Source of the DNA: Vicinamibacteria bacterium
GTDB taxonomy: Bacteria > Acidobacteriota > Vicinamibacteria > Marinacidobacterales > Marinacidobacteraceae
DNA length: 64,000 nt
Reading direction: 5' to 3'
Assembly: GCA_963668695.2 (NCBI GenBank)
Contig: CAXXLQ010000004.1
Span: forward strand, 384,001 to 448,000
Shown: positions 49,755-58,911 of the stretch, piece after piece
Position numbering within the stretch: the first letter of the stretch is position 1
Layout of the letters: each line of letters opens with the position of its first letter
The notes under the pieces: model-generated
Seen by the model: only the letters and a program-made list of their open reading frames with translations
The model's database searches: none
Told to the model about the DNA's origin: nothing
Position numbers and translations under genes: made by a program

Positions 49755-49919
49755 CTCGGGTTCGTTGGTTGCGCTCTCGTCCGGAGGGTACTTGGTCGGG
49801 GATCTCTGGCCGGAACGGTGGAGGCCGACTGTCACCCGCGCTTCTGCGCCCATAGCCATCCGCGGTTGCGCCCGCTGCGCGGGCGGTGCCGGTGTGAACA
49901 CCGGCGGTCCCTGACTTAA

Positions 49920-50098
49920 CAGCCTGTGGTGAAACCCAGGCGGCGTTCGAGCGGCGATGCATCCCGCCTGAACCGCGCCGCTTTGCGGCGCTCTGCGTTG
50001 CGTTTCGGTCGAAATACACTCGGTATTCCTCCCTCACGCGCCTTGTCAGCCGGGCGCCTCCCCGCTCTCGGCGCTCACCCGGGTTCCACCACAGGCTG
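49920..50098 (-). mobile_element. MITE, 179-bp form with no 20-nt inserts, at the smpB stop codon
   Basis: TIRs CAGCCTGTGGTG.AACCC; TTAA on both sides, the right one containing the smpB TAA. Confidence 0.9.
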
Positions 50099-50611
50099 TT
50101 AACCCAGCGCCTCGCGGACCTCGCGGGCGGCTTCGCGCTGCTTGATGGTTTCGCGGCGGTCCCGGGTGCTCTTGCCCTTGGCGAGAGCGACCTGGACCTT
50201 GATCCAGCCGTTCCGGAGGTGGATGCGGAGCGGCACCAGGGTGAGCCCGGCCATCGTGAGCTTCCCGGCGATCCGCTGCATCTCGTCCTCGTGGAGCAGC
50301 AGCTTCCGGTTCCGTTCCGGATTCCCCTGCTCCGGGGGGGCGTGCACGTAGGGCGCGATGTGGCAGTTCACGAGGAAGAGTTCGCCGTTTCGCTCGCGGC
50401 CGTAGGCGTCCTTCAGGTTCGCCCCGCCGGACCGGCAGGACTTCACCTCGGCCCCGGTGAGCGCGACGCCCGCCTCGAACTGCTCGAGGATGACGAAGTT
50501 CCGCCGCGCTCTCCGGTTCTCCGCAAGCACCTGCTCGTTGCGAAAGCCTCCCGAACCGGCTCGAGCAGCGCGAAGCCGGCGTTTCTTCCTGGCGGTCTTC
50601 TTTCGGCTCAT
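50099..50611 (-). CDS. smpB: SsrA-binding protein
   Basis: NRRARRNF..EAGVALTGAEVKS, RKLLLH, LTLVPL and ALAKGK. Confidence 0.95.
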   Translation of the reverse strand: MSRKKTARKKRRLRAARAGSGGFRNEQVLAENRRARRNFVILEQFEAGVALTGAEVKSCRSGGANLKDAYGRERNGELFLVNCHIAPYVHAPPEQGNPERNRKLLLHEDEMQRIAGKLTMAGLTLVPLRIHLRNGWIKVQVALAKGKSTRDRRETIKQREAAREVREALG

Positions 50612-50687
50612 GAAAACCAGTCTAGCGGTCAGGTGCCGAAAACAGCACGGGTCTACCCCTCACGTTTACCATGCGGGGACCCCGAAG

Positions 50688-51920
50688 ATGCCCGAATTCC
50701 TCTGCCAGGTCGGCGAACCCGCGGGCGACCTGCGGCGGCTCCGGCTGACCGCCCGGGACGCCGATGCTGCCCGCCAGGAACTGCAGAGCCAGGGGCTTCA
50801 CGTCTTCGCGATTCGGCGCACCTCGCCCCTCGCCGCGCTGGGCCGTCTCTTCGAAGCGGGCACTCCCATCTTCCGCAGCCGGCGCCGGGTCCGGAGCCGC
50901 GACGTGCTGCTCTTCAACCAGGAGCTGGCCGCGCTGCTCCACGCCGGGCTGCCGCTCGCGGAGTCACTCGGGATCATGGTGGAGCGCATGGAGAACCCGA
51001 CCTTTCGGGATGCAGTCCAGACGATCCTCTCCGAGGTGCGGTCCGGGGTGCCGATGAGCACTGCGGTGAGCCGCTATCCGTTTTTCCCGTCGGTGTATCC
51101 GGCGTGCCTCCAGGCGGGGGAGACCAGCGGCGACCTCCCGGGGATGCTCGTGCGGTTCACGGACGCCATGCGGGTGGCCGTAAAGGCGCGGTCCAGCCTG
51201 ACCGCCGCCCTGGTCTATCCCGCATTCCTGCTCACCGCACTCCTCGGGACGGCTGCCTATCTCCTCCTGGGGGTGATCCCCAACTTCGTCCCCTTCTTCG
51301 CCGGCTTCAACCAGGAGCTGCCCCCCCTGACCACGGCGCTGCTGGCCGCCGCCGAATTCGTGAAGAGCCGGCTCCTCTGGGTGACCACCGGCCTCCTCGG
51401 CACGCTCCTGCTCTTCGCCGCCTGGTCGCGCACCGAAAGGGCCAAGCGTTTCCGGGACCGCTGGGTCCTGCGCCTCCCGGCGGTGGGAGGGGTGCTGAGG
51501 CTCTACGCCGTGTCCCAATTCTCGCGGGCGCTCGGGACCCTGCTCGGCGGGGGGATGCCGCTCGCGAGCGCAATCCCGGTGGCGGCGCGGGCGGTAGGCA
51601 ACCGCCACCTCAGGAGCGTGCTGGAACCCACCGCCGATCTGGTCCGCGAGGGCCGTTCCTTCGTGGAGACACTCGCCGACAGCGGCGAGATCCCCGGCTT
51701 CGCGCTCCAGATGGTCCGGGTGGGAGAGGGCACCGGCGACCTCGCCCGGATGGTTTCCTCGGTCGCCGATTTCAACGACGAGGTGATCGAGAACCGGGTG
51801 ACCGTGCTCCTCAGCCTGCTCACCCCGATCGTGCTCCTCATCCTGGGCGGCTTTGTGGCGCTCGTGCTCCTCGCGATCTACCTCCCCCTCTTCAGCCTCG
51901 CCTCGGTGCCCCAATTCTGA
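50688..51920 (+). CDS. Type II secretion / type IV pilus platform protein (GspF/PilC family)
   Basis: FNQELAALLHAGLPL, AGETSGDL, ALVYP, VGEGTGDL and AIYLPLF. Confidence 0.92.
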   Translation: MPEFLCQVGEPAGDLRRLRLTARDADAARQELQSQGLHVFAIRRTSPLAALGRLFEAGTPIFRSRRRVRSRDVLLFNQELAALLHAGLPLAESLGIMVERMENPTFRDAVQTILSEVRSGVPMSTAVSRYPFFPSVYPACLQAGETSGDLPGMLVRFTDAMRVAVKARSSLTAALVYPAFLLTALLGTAAYLLLGVIPNFVPFFAGFNQELPPLTTALLAAAEFVKSRLLWVTTGLLGTLLLFAAWSRTERAKRFRDRWVLRLPAVGGVLRLYAVSQFSRALGTLLGGGMPLASAIPVAARAVGNRHLRSVLEPTADLVREGRSFVETLADSGEIPGFALQMVRVGEGTGDLARMVSSVADFNDEVIENRVTVLLSLLTPIVLLILGGFVALVLLAIYLPLFSLASVPQF

Positions 51921-51998
51921 GATGCCAGTTCTGAAATGCCAGTTCTGAAATGCCGGTTCTGAAATGCCAGTTCTGAAATGCCAGTTCTGAAAACGCCA
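51915..51998. repeat. 14-bp VNTR TTCTGAAATGCCAG, five units plus a partial unit
   Basis: Starts at the gspF stop codon; each full unit contains TGA-N-ATG. Confidence 0.9.
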
Positions 51999-52511
51999 AC
52001 TCCGATGCGCGCCCTCCCGAAGGCCGGACTTCCCCGGCCGGCGGGCCAGCGCGGCTTCACGCTCATCGAGCTGGTGGTGGCGGCCGGGATCCTGTCGGTG
52101 CTGGCGATGGCGATCATCCCGGTCGCCAAGGTCACCTCCGTCCGGGCCAAGGAGATCGAACTCCGCCGCAACCTCCGCACCGTTCGGCTCGCGATCGACG
52201 CCTACCGGGAGGCCGCCGAGGCCGGGGAGATCGATCCCGACTTCATCGAACCCGACCACGAGAACTATCCGCCCGATCTGGAGGCGCTCGTGGAGGGGGT
52301 TCCCGGCCCCCGCGGGCCGGACGGGAGAACCCCCGTCATTCGCTTCCTTCGCCGCCTGCCGACGGACCCGGTGACCGGACGCCCCGACTGGCTGCTGCGC
52401 TCCTATCAGGACGACCCGGGCAGACTCTCGTGGGGCGGCCAGAACGTCTACGACCTCCGCTCCGCATCGCCCCGCCTCGCCCTCGACGGCACGCCGTATC
52501 GGTCATGGTGA
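51978..52511 (+). CDS. GspG-like pseudopilin
   Basis: Prepilin motif GFTLIEL, YPPDLEALVEG and FLRRLPTDP; alternative start ATG 52005. Confidence 0.88.
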   Translation: MPVLKTPTPMRALPKAGLPRPAGQRGFTLIELVVAAGILSVLAMAIIPVAKVTSVRAKEIELRRNLRTVRLAIDAYREAAEAGEIDPDFIEPDHENYPPDLEALVEGVPGPRGPDGRTPVIRFLRRLPTDPVTGRPDWLLRSYQDDPGRLSWGGQNVYDLRSASPRLALDGTPYRSW

Positions 52512-52921
52512 CGAAGACCGCCCGCGCGCCCCACGCCGGAAGGAGTGCCGGGTTCAGCTTCATCGAGATGGTGCTGGTGCTGCTCGTTCTCGGGATCCTG
52601 TTCGCCATCGCGGTGCCCCGCTACCAGGCGCAGATCCTCAAGGCGAAGGAGGCGGTCCTGGAACACAACCTCGCGACGCTCCGGGAGCGGCTCGACCAGT
52701 ACCGGGCCGACCACGACGAGTTTCCGGCGAACCTCGCGGACCTCGTCGTCTCGGGGTACCTCCGGGGAGTCCCCGAAGACCCCATGACCCAGTCGATCCT
52801 CTGGGAGGAAGTGCGCGACGGCTACGACCCCATGTTCCCCGAGGCGCCGGCCGGGGTCTCCGACGTGCGCAGCCGCTCGGAGCAGGTCGGCAGCGACGGA
52901 CGCCCGTATCGTGAGTGGTAG
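52505..52921 (+). CDS. Pseudopilin
   Basis: GFSFIEM prepilin motif and YLRGVPEDPMT. Confidence 0.88.
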   Translation: MVTKTARAPHAGRSAGFSFIEMVLVLLVLGILFAIAVPRYQAQILKAKEAVLEHNLATLRERLDQYRADHDEFPANLADLVVSGYLRGVPEDPMTQSILWEEVRDGYDPMFPEAPAGVSDVRSRSEQVGSDGRPYREW

Positions 52922-53549
52922 GCACTCCCCCCGGGACTCTGCCGGCTACGTCCTCTTCGGGGTGCTCGTCGGCATCACGCTGCTGGGCGTCGGACTGTCG
53001 GCGGGGGTCACCCTCTGGAGCCAGGTCGTCCAGCGCGAGCGGGAAGCGGAACTGCTCTTTCGGGGCGAGGCGGTCGTCCGCGCCCTCGAGCGTTTCCAGC
53101 AGGACCGCCCCGGAACGCTCCCCGAGACCCTCGAAGAACTCGTGGAAGGCAAGTACCTGCGCCGCGCCTGGGTGGACCCCATGACCGGGCGCAGCTTCCG
53201 CATCCTCCGCGCCCAAAACGCGCTCGCGAGCGGCGGTTCCGGGCCCGGACGGGAGAGAGGAGGTCGGCGGGGCAGCGGTCCGGCGCCCACCAACCCGGCG
53301 GGAGAAGAGGGGCCCCGGCGGGCGGCCAGCGGCGCGGCACGTGAGGAACGGGGCGAAGCGGGGGCCGCCGCCGAGCCCGCGACCGGGATCACGGGGGTGG
53401 TGAGCACGAGCGACCTGCTCAGCTTCCGGGCCTACGAAGGCGCCCGGCGCTACAGCGAGTGGCGGTTCGAGACCCAGGCGGGAGGCGCGGCGGGCGGCGG
53501 ATCACAGAGCACGGAGCGGTCGGGCCGCGCGGGCGAAAGCGAGCGCTGA
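52911..53549 (+). CDS. Pseudopilin-like type II secretion protein
   Basis: GYVL hydrophobic N-terminus, REREAELLFRG and YLRR..DPMTG. Confidence 0.8.
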   Translation: MSGRHSPRDSAGYVLFGVLVGITLLGVGLSAGVTLWSQVVQREREAELLFRGEAVVRALERFQQDRPGTLPETLEELVEGKYLRRAWVDPMTGRSFRILRAQNALASGGSGPGRERGGRRGSGPAPTNPAGEEGPRRAASGAAREERGEAGAAAEPATGITGVVSTSDLLSFRAYEGARRYSEWRFETQAGGAAGGGSQSTERSGRAGESER

Positions 53550-53589
53550 CAACGGCGTCCGCAGGACCGACGCTCGGTCAGCTCTGGAT

Positions 53590-54183
53590 CTAGCTCTGGC
53601 CGCGCCGCGCGAACGCTTCCAGCCCCGCCCGCGGGCAGGTATTTCGCTCGACGTACGCGAGCAGATTTCCCGCTAGCTTGCGGGTCCGGCCCTCCACCGC
53701 CTCGTCGAGGCAATTCCCCTCCGCGTCGAAGACCCGGTGCACTCCCGCGATCGACACCGGGCCGGGAAGGACGATCATTCCGACGTGGGACAGGACGCTC
53801 CGCAGATGTTCGAGCGCCTTGACCGCACCGATCGCGCCCGAAGCGGCCCCGATGAGCGCCGCCGGCTTGCCGGCGAGCAACGACGGAAAGCCCAGGTTTT
53901 CGATCACCAGCTTCAGCGCCGCCGCGAAGCTGCCGTGGTACTCGGGGGTAGCGAGCAGCACGCCGTCGGCGTCGCGGACGGCCGCCTGGAGACGGTCCCG
54001 GCCGGGAGACTCTCCGGACCGCCCGGGAAACGGCAGGTCCATCTCCGCCGGATCGAGCCAGGTCACAAGGACCTCGGGGCTCTTCGCCAGCTCGTCCACG
54101 GCGAGCGCGAGCGCCTTCGAGGTGAGGTTGCCGGGGCGGCTGGTTCCCAGGATGGCCGCGATGCGGACTTTGTCTGGTGTCAT
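53590..54183 (-). CDS. NADPH-dependent FMN reductase
   Basis: GTSRPG and ADGVLLATPEYHGS..LK. Confidence 0.9.
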   Translation of the reverse strand: MTPDKVRIAAILGTSRPGNLTSKALALAVDELAKSPEVLVTWLDPAEMDLPFPGRSGESPGRDRLQAAVRDADGVLLATPEYHGSFAAALKLVIENLGFPSLLAGKPAALIGAASGAIGAVKALEHLRSVLSHVGMIVLPGPVSIAGVHRVFDAEGNCLDEAVEGRTRKLAGNLLAYVERNTCPRAGLEAFARRGQS

Positions 54184-54265
54184 GAATGGTTGCTTCTCCA
54201 GTTTCTTCGGGGTACGCGGAAGGTGCGCCGCCGGGTTTAGCGGAAGCGTGGGCGAGTCGGGGAGG

Positions 54266-55750
54266 CTACGTCTTCCGGCGGCTCCCACTCCACAAGCGGC
54301 GCCGAGTCACCGTGCGCCAGTCGGCGATGTAGTCGTCGACCGGACGCCGGCGCGCGAGGTCGGAGTCCGCGGCGCGGAGGCAGCGTCGCATAGTGCGCGC
54401 GGCGTAGACGCCACCGAGCACATTGGCGAGCGAGACCGCGGCGAAGAGGCCCACGGCGCCAAAGAGCGCGCCGAGCGAGGCGAGCGGAGCCGTGAACGCG
54501 AACGTTTTGACCATCAGGATGCGAAGGGACTCTCCCGGTATCTGCACTCCGTTGAAGATGGAAGAGGTCACCGCGAGGAGCCCCGCCGGCGCGTAAGAGA
54601 TTGCGACTATCCGGAAGTACAGGGTCACGTAGTGCTGGACTGTTTCGTCGCCGCTGAACATCCGGGCCACCGGCCCGGCGCCGAGGACGAGCGCCACGAA
54701 CAACAGGCCGCCCCAGTAGAACGACGCCTTCCCCGCGAAGACGATCGCTTCGTCCACCCGGGCGCGGTTTCTGGCGCCGAAGTTCTGGGCGACAAACGGA
54801 ACGAGCGCGACGCTCACGCTCGATATCCCCACGAGTCCCAGAAGTTCGATCCGCGTCGCGATCCCCAGCGCCGCAACGACCTCGGCCCCGGACTTCGCGG
54901 CCAGGAAAGTGACGAATACGGCGGTTAGCGGGGTGAGCACCTGGGTAGCGACCGTGGGCGCGGAGAGCCGCAGGATCGGGAGCAGGACGGCGCTTCGGGG
55001 GGACCCGTCCTCCATCCGCTGCCGCCGGAGCAGACCCGCCCGTACGAGCAGCACTACCGTCGAGACGGCCACGAACCCCCATGAGATGACGGTGGCGAGC
55101 GCGGCGCCCTGGATCTCGAGGCGCGGGAACGGACCGGCGCCGAAGATCAACAGGTAGTCGAGGACGAGGTTCAGCACCCCCGCCGCACCCATCAGGAGCT
55201 CGGGAGCCCTTAACCAACCCGTCGCCCGGACCGCGGCGTTTCCGACGAGCGCGACGGCGAGGAGCGGCATGCCGAGGTAGAGGACGCCCATGTACTCGGC
55301 GATGAGCGGGAGGATGGCGGCGTCCGCCCCGAGCAGGCCGAAAACCGGCCCGATCGTGAGCAGGCCGATCAGCGAGAGGAGCGCCGCGAGCCCGGCGGCG
55401 AGGACCACGGACGTCCGCGCGAAGCGCGCCGCGCGGGACGCGTCCCCCTCGCCGAGCGCGCGGGCGACGAGCGACGACGCGCCGACCGACAGCCCGATGA
55501 ACAGCCCGACCAGCAGGAAGAAGAGCGCCGAGGAGAAGCTGAGGGCGGCGAGCTCAGCCGTGCCGAGCCTGCCGACGAACCAGGTGTCCACCACCTGGAA
55601 CAGGAAGGTCGAGAGCATGCCCAGACTGATGGGCGCCGACATCGCGAACAGGGCGCGATTCACCGGGGCGACCGCGAGACGGCGGCCGGGATCGGTGGCG
55701 CTTTGCTCGGGACCCGGGGTTGTCAACGGCCGGAACAACGGGGTCTCCAA
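54266..55750 (-). CDS. MATE family efflux transporter
   Basis: VDTWFVGRLG, NLVLDYLLIFG and AQNFGA; about 12 TM helices. Confidence 0.9.
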   Translation of the reverse strand: METPLFRPLTTPGPEQSATDPGRRLAVAPVNRALFAMSAPISLGMLSTFLFQVVDTWFVGRLGTAELAALSFSSALFFLLVGLFIGLSVGASSLVARALGEGDASRAARFARTSVVLAAGLAALLSLIGLLTIGPVFGLLGADAAILPLIAEYMGVLYLGMPLLAVALVGNAAVRATGWLRAPELLMGAAGVLNLVLDYLLIFGAGPFPRLEIQGAALATVISWGFVAVSTVVLLVRAGLLRRQRMEDGSPRSAVLLPILRLSAPTVATQVLTPLTAVFVTFLAAKSGAEVVAALGIATRIELLGLVGISSVSVALVPFVAQNFGARNRARVDEAIVFAGKASFYWGGLLFVALVLGAGPVARMFSGDETVQHYVTLYFRIVAISYAPAGLLAVTSSIFNGVQIPGESLRILMVKTFAFTAPLASLGALFGAVGLFAAVSLANVLGGVYAARTMRRCLRAADSDLARRRPVDDYIADWRTVTRRRLWSGSRRKT

Positions 55751-55843
55751 CCGGAAGGTTCCGCACCGAAGCCCGGAGCGCGTTCCCGGCCGATGCGAGT
55801 CGAGGCCGGTCGGAGGGCGTGCTGCAGCGCCGCGCGGCGGTCG

Positions 55844-58741
55844 TCAGGCTCCCGGGTCCGGGCCGCCGCCGTCGGCCAGGTACTGCGCGATGTATTCCGC
55901 CGGGTGGATGGCGTAGCGCTTCGTCGCATCGAGCACCTGATGCCGGCAGGAGGTGCCGGCCGCCACCAGCGCGTCCTCCGTCGCCAGCGTCCGCACCGCC
56001 GGGAAGAGCCGGCGCTCGCCGATCGCGAGCGACAACTCGTAGTGATCGGAGGTGTAGCCGAAGCTGCCGGCCATTCCGCAGCAACCCGAATCGGCCACCG
56101 TAACCTGGGCGCCGGTGGTCGATAGGAGACCCGCCAGCGGCCCGGTCCCGCAAAACGTCTTCTGGTGGCAGTGGCCATGGGCGAGCACGTGGGAGCCTTC
56201 GCCCCGGCCGCCGGTGAGGCGGGAAAGCTCCTCCCGGTGATCGCCCAGGAACTCGTCGAAGAGAACCGCGCGCTTTGCGATCGCCTGGGCGGCGGGACGG
56301 TCCTCCTCGGGAACCAGATCGGGGATCTCGTCGCGGAAGCTGAAGAGACACGAGGGCTCGAGCCCGACGATGGCGGTGCCCTCGCCGGCGATGCCGCCGA
56401 GCGCCCGAACGCTCTCCCGCGCGAGCCGGCGGGCCCGGCCCAAAAGCCCCCGGGAGATCGCCGGCCGGCCGCAGCAGACCACCGGGGCCAACACGACCCG
56501 GTAGCCGAGTGCCCAGAGCACCCGGCAGGCGGCGATCCCGATCCGCGGTTCGAAGTAGTTCGTGAAGGTGTCGGGGAAGAGCGCCACTTTCCCGCGCGGG
56601 GACTGCGGCTGGCAGGCCGCCTCCGTCCTGCGGAACCAGCTCGCGAAGGATCGGCGCGCCAGCTTCGGAAGGCTCCGGCGCCGGTCGAAGCCGATCGTGC
56701 GAGCCAACAGGGAGGCCGCCCAGCCCCGCCGGTCCGCCCAGCGGGCGAGCGGCCCCAGCCGGCTCCCCCAGCGGGCCAGGACGTCCGGCGCGCCGAACAG
56801 CCGGTCGGCGAGCGGCCGCCGCCGGTTCCGGTAGTAGCGGTGCAGGAAATCGGACTTGAGCCGGGCCATGTCCACCCCGGACGGACACTCGGCCTTGCAG
56901 GCTTTGCAGGCCAGGCAGAGGTCCAGCGCCTGGAGGACGCGGTCTTCCGACTCCCGCTCCGGGGGCAGCCGCCCGTCGAGCAGCGCGCGCAGCAGGTTCG
57001 CCCGGCCCCGGGTGGAGTGCTCCTCCTCCTTGGTGGCCATGAACGAGGGGCACATCGTCCCCACCAGTTCCTTGCGGCAGACCCCGGATCCGTTGCAGAG
57101 CTCCACCGCACCCGCGAAACCGCCGTGGCGCTGGTACGGATAGACCACCGGGAGCTCCGCCGCCCGGTAACCCGCGCCGTAACGGAGGTTGTCGGTCATG
57201 GCCGGGGCGTTCACCACCTTCCCCGGATTCATGATGCCCGCCGGGTCGAACGCCGCCTTCAGACGCCTAAACGCCTGGTACACCCGCGGCCCGAAGACCT
57301 TCTCGTTGAAGTGGCTGCGCGCGAGCCCGTCGCCGTGCTCCCCGCTCATGGCGCCCCCGAAGTCGAGCACCAGGTCGCAGACCTCCCGGGCCAGGGTGTC
57401 CATCTTCTGGATCTCGGCGGGGTCTTTCAGGTTGATCAGGGGCCGGATGTGGAGGCACCCGGCGCCGGCGTGGGCGTAGAAGCTGCCCTCGGTGTTCCGC
57501 CCGGACAGGATTTCCTCGAACCGGCGGATGAACTCCGGCAGCCGGGATGGCTCGACCGCGGTGTCCTCGACGAAGGCGATGGGCTTTTTGTCTCCCGGAA
57601 GGCTCAGGAGGAGCGGAAGCGCCGCCTTCCGCACCGCCCAGACGTTTTGCTGCTCCGCGGGATCGAGGATTCGCAGGTGGGGACGCCCCTGATTGCCGAG
57701 CCGGCGTTCGAGGTCGGCCAGCTTCGAAGCCACTTCGGCGCGACTCCCTCCCGCGAACTCGACCAGGATGAGCGCCCCCGGTTCGCCCTCGACGAAGTGG
57801 AGGCGCCGCGAGTACTCGAGCGACTCGCGGGCGAGTTCCAGAACCATCCGGTCCACGAGTTCCACCGCGGTGGGATGGAGATCGAGCGCCACCACCCCCG
57901 CCTCGAGGGCCGGGAGCAGCCCGTCGAAATGCAGCACCGCGAGCCCGACCGCGGGCGGGAGCTGGTGCAGCTTCACCCGGGCCTCGACCACGGTCCCGAG
58001 CGTTCCCTCGGACCCGACGATCAGGTGCGCCAGGTTCATCCCGCCCGGATCGAGCAGCACGTCCAGGTTGTAACCGGAGACCCGGCGCGGGATGCGCGGG
58101 AACCGTTCCCGGATCTCATCCGAGTACTCGTCCCGAATCGCCAGCAGTTCGCGAAGCAGCGGGGCGAGCGCCCCGTTGCCCCGCGCCCGGCGCCGCATGT
58201 CTTCCCAGCTCAGCCACGAAAGCCGTTCGCAGCTTCCGTCGGGGAGCACCACGGTCGCGTCGAGAACGTTGTCCACGGTCTTGCCGTAGACGAGCGAGCG
58301 GGCGCCGGCCGAGTTGTTGCCGATCATCCCGCCGAGGTTGGCGCGGTTCGAGGTCGAGGTCTCGGGGCCGAACCGGAGACCGAGCGGCGCCAGCGCGGCG
58401 CCGAAGGCGTCCTGCACCACGCCCGGTTGCACCCGGGCCCAGAGCTCTTCCTTGTTGATCTCCAGGATGCTGCGGAAGTGCACCGACAGGTCCAGCACCA
58501 CCGCCTCGCCGACCGCCTGCCCGGCGAGCGAGGTGCCGCCGCCGCGCGGAAGCACCGGGGCGCCCGCCTCCGCCGCCACCCGGACCGCCTCCGCCACATC
58601 CGCCGTGTGGCGCGGGATCACCACTCCCAGGGGTTCGATCTGGTAAATGCTCGCGTCGTTCGAGTAGAGGATCCGGCTGGCGCGGTCGAAGCGAACGTCC
58701 CCCTCGATGCGCGAAGCAAGCTCGCGCGCCAGTTCGCCCAT
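55844..58741 (-). CDS. FAD-linked oxidase with 4Fe-4S and cysteine-rich domains (YdiJ-like)
   Basis: PRGGGTSLAGQ, GSEGTLG, SGEHGDG, CLACKACKAECP and CCGMAGSFG. Confidence 0.92.
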   Translation of the reverse strand: MGELARELASRIEGDVRFDRASRILYSNDASIYQIEPLGVVIPRHTADVAEAVRVAAEAGAPVLPRGGGTSLAGQAVGEAVVLDLSVHFRSILEINKEELWARVQPGVVQDAFGAALAPLGLRFGPETSTSNRANLGGMIGNNSAGARSLVYGKTVDNVLDATVVLPDGSCERLSWLSWEDMRRRARGNGALAPLLRELLAIRDEYSDEIRERFPRIPRRVSGYNLDVLLDPGGMNLAHLIVGSEGTLGTVVEARVKLHQLPPAVGLAVLHFDGLLPALEAGVVALDLHPTAVELVDRMVLELARESLEYSRRLHFVEGEPGALILVEFAGGSRAEVASKLADLERRLGNQGRPHLRILDPAEQQNVWAVRKAALPLLLSLPGDKKPIAFVEDTAVEPSRLPEFIRRFEEILSGRNTEGSFYAHAGAGCLHIRPLINLKDPAEIQKMDTLAREVCDLVLDFGGAMSGEHGDGLARSHFNEKVFGPRVYQAFRRLKAAFDPAGIMNPGKVVNAPAMTDNLRYGAGYRAAELPVVYPYQRHGGFAGAVELCNGSGVCRKELVGTMCPSFMATKEEEHSTRGRANLLRALLDGRLPPERESEDRVLQALDLCLACKACKAECPSGVDMARLKSDFLHRYYRNRRRPLADRLFGAPDVLARWGSRLGPLARWADRRGWAASLLARTIGFDRRRSLPKLARRSFASWFRRTEAACQPQSPRGKVALFPDTFTNYFEPRIGIAACRVLWALGYRVVLAPVVCCGRPAISRGLLGRARRLARESVRALGGIAGEGTAIVGLEPSCLFSFRDEIPDLVPEEDRPAAQAIAKRAVLFDEFLGDHREELSRLTGGRGEGSHVLAHGHCHQKTFCGTGPLAGLLSTTGAQVTVADSGCCGMAGSFGYTSDHYELSLAIGERRLFPAVRTLATEDALVAAGTSCRHQVLDATKRYAIHPAEYIAQYLADGGGPDPGA

Positions 58742-58771
58742 GGGGGGTGGAGAGTACAGGGAGCGGGGGCT

Positions 58772-58824
58772 TGGAGCGCCCGTCTTCAGACCGCCGTCGC
58801 CTCCCGCAGGGGGGCGAAACTCCC
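58772..58824. repeat. Degenerate REP-like double hairpin
   Basis: GGAGCGCCCGTCTTCAGACCGCCGTCGCCTCCCGCAGGGGGCGAAACTCCC. Confidence 0.7.
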
Positions 58825-58911
58825 CCTGTTACTCCCCTTTGCGGCTAACCCGTCAAGTGGCGCGAGTTTCACTACCGGCTGTTATCTCCCGGCGCCGGCG
58901 ACCCCTACGAC

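Noticed and set aside
49900-50690. tmRNA (ssrA) next to smpB
   Set aside because: No GGGG..TCGA 5' end or tRNA-like CCA 3' end is recognisable; the flanking DNA is MITE/REP sequence.
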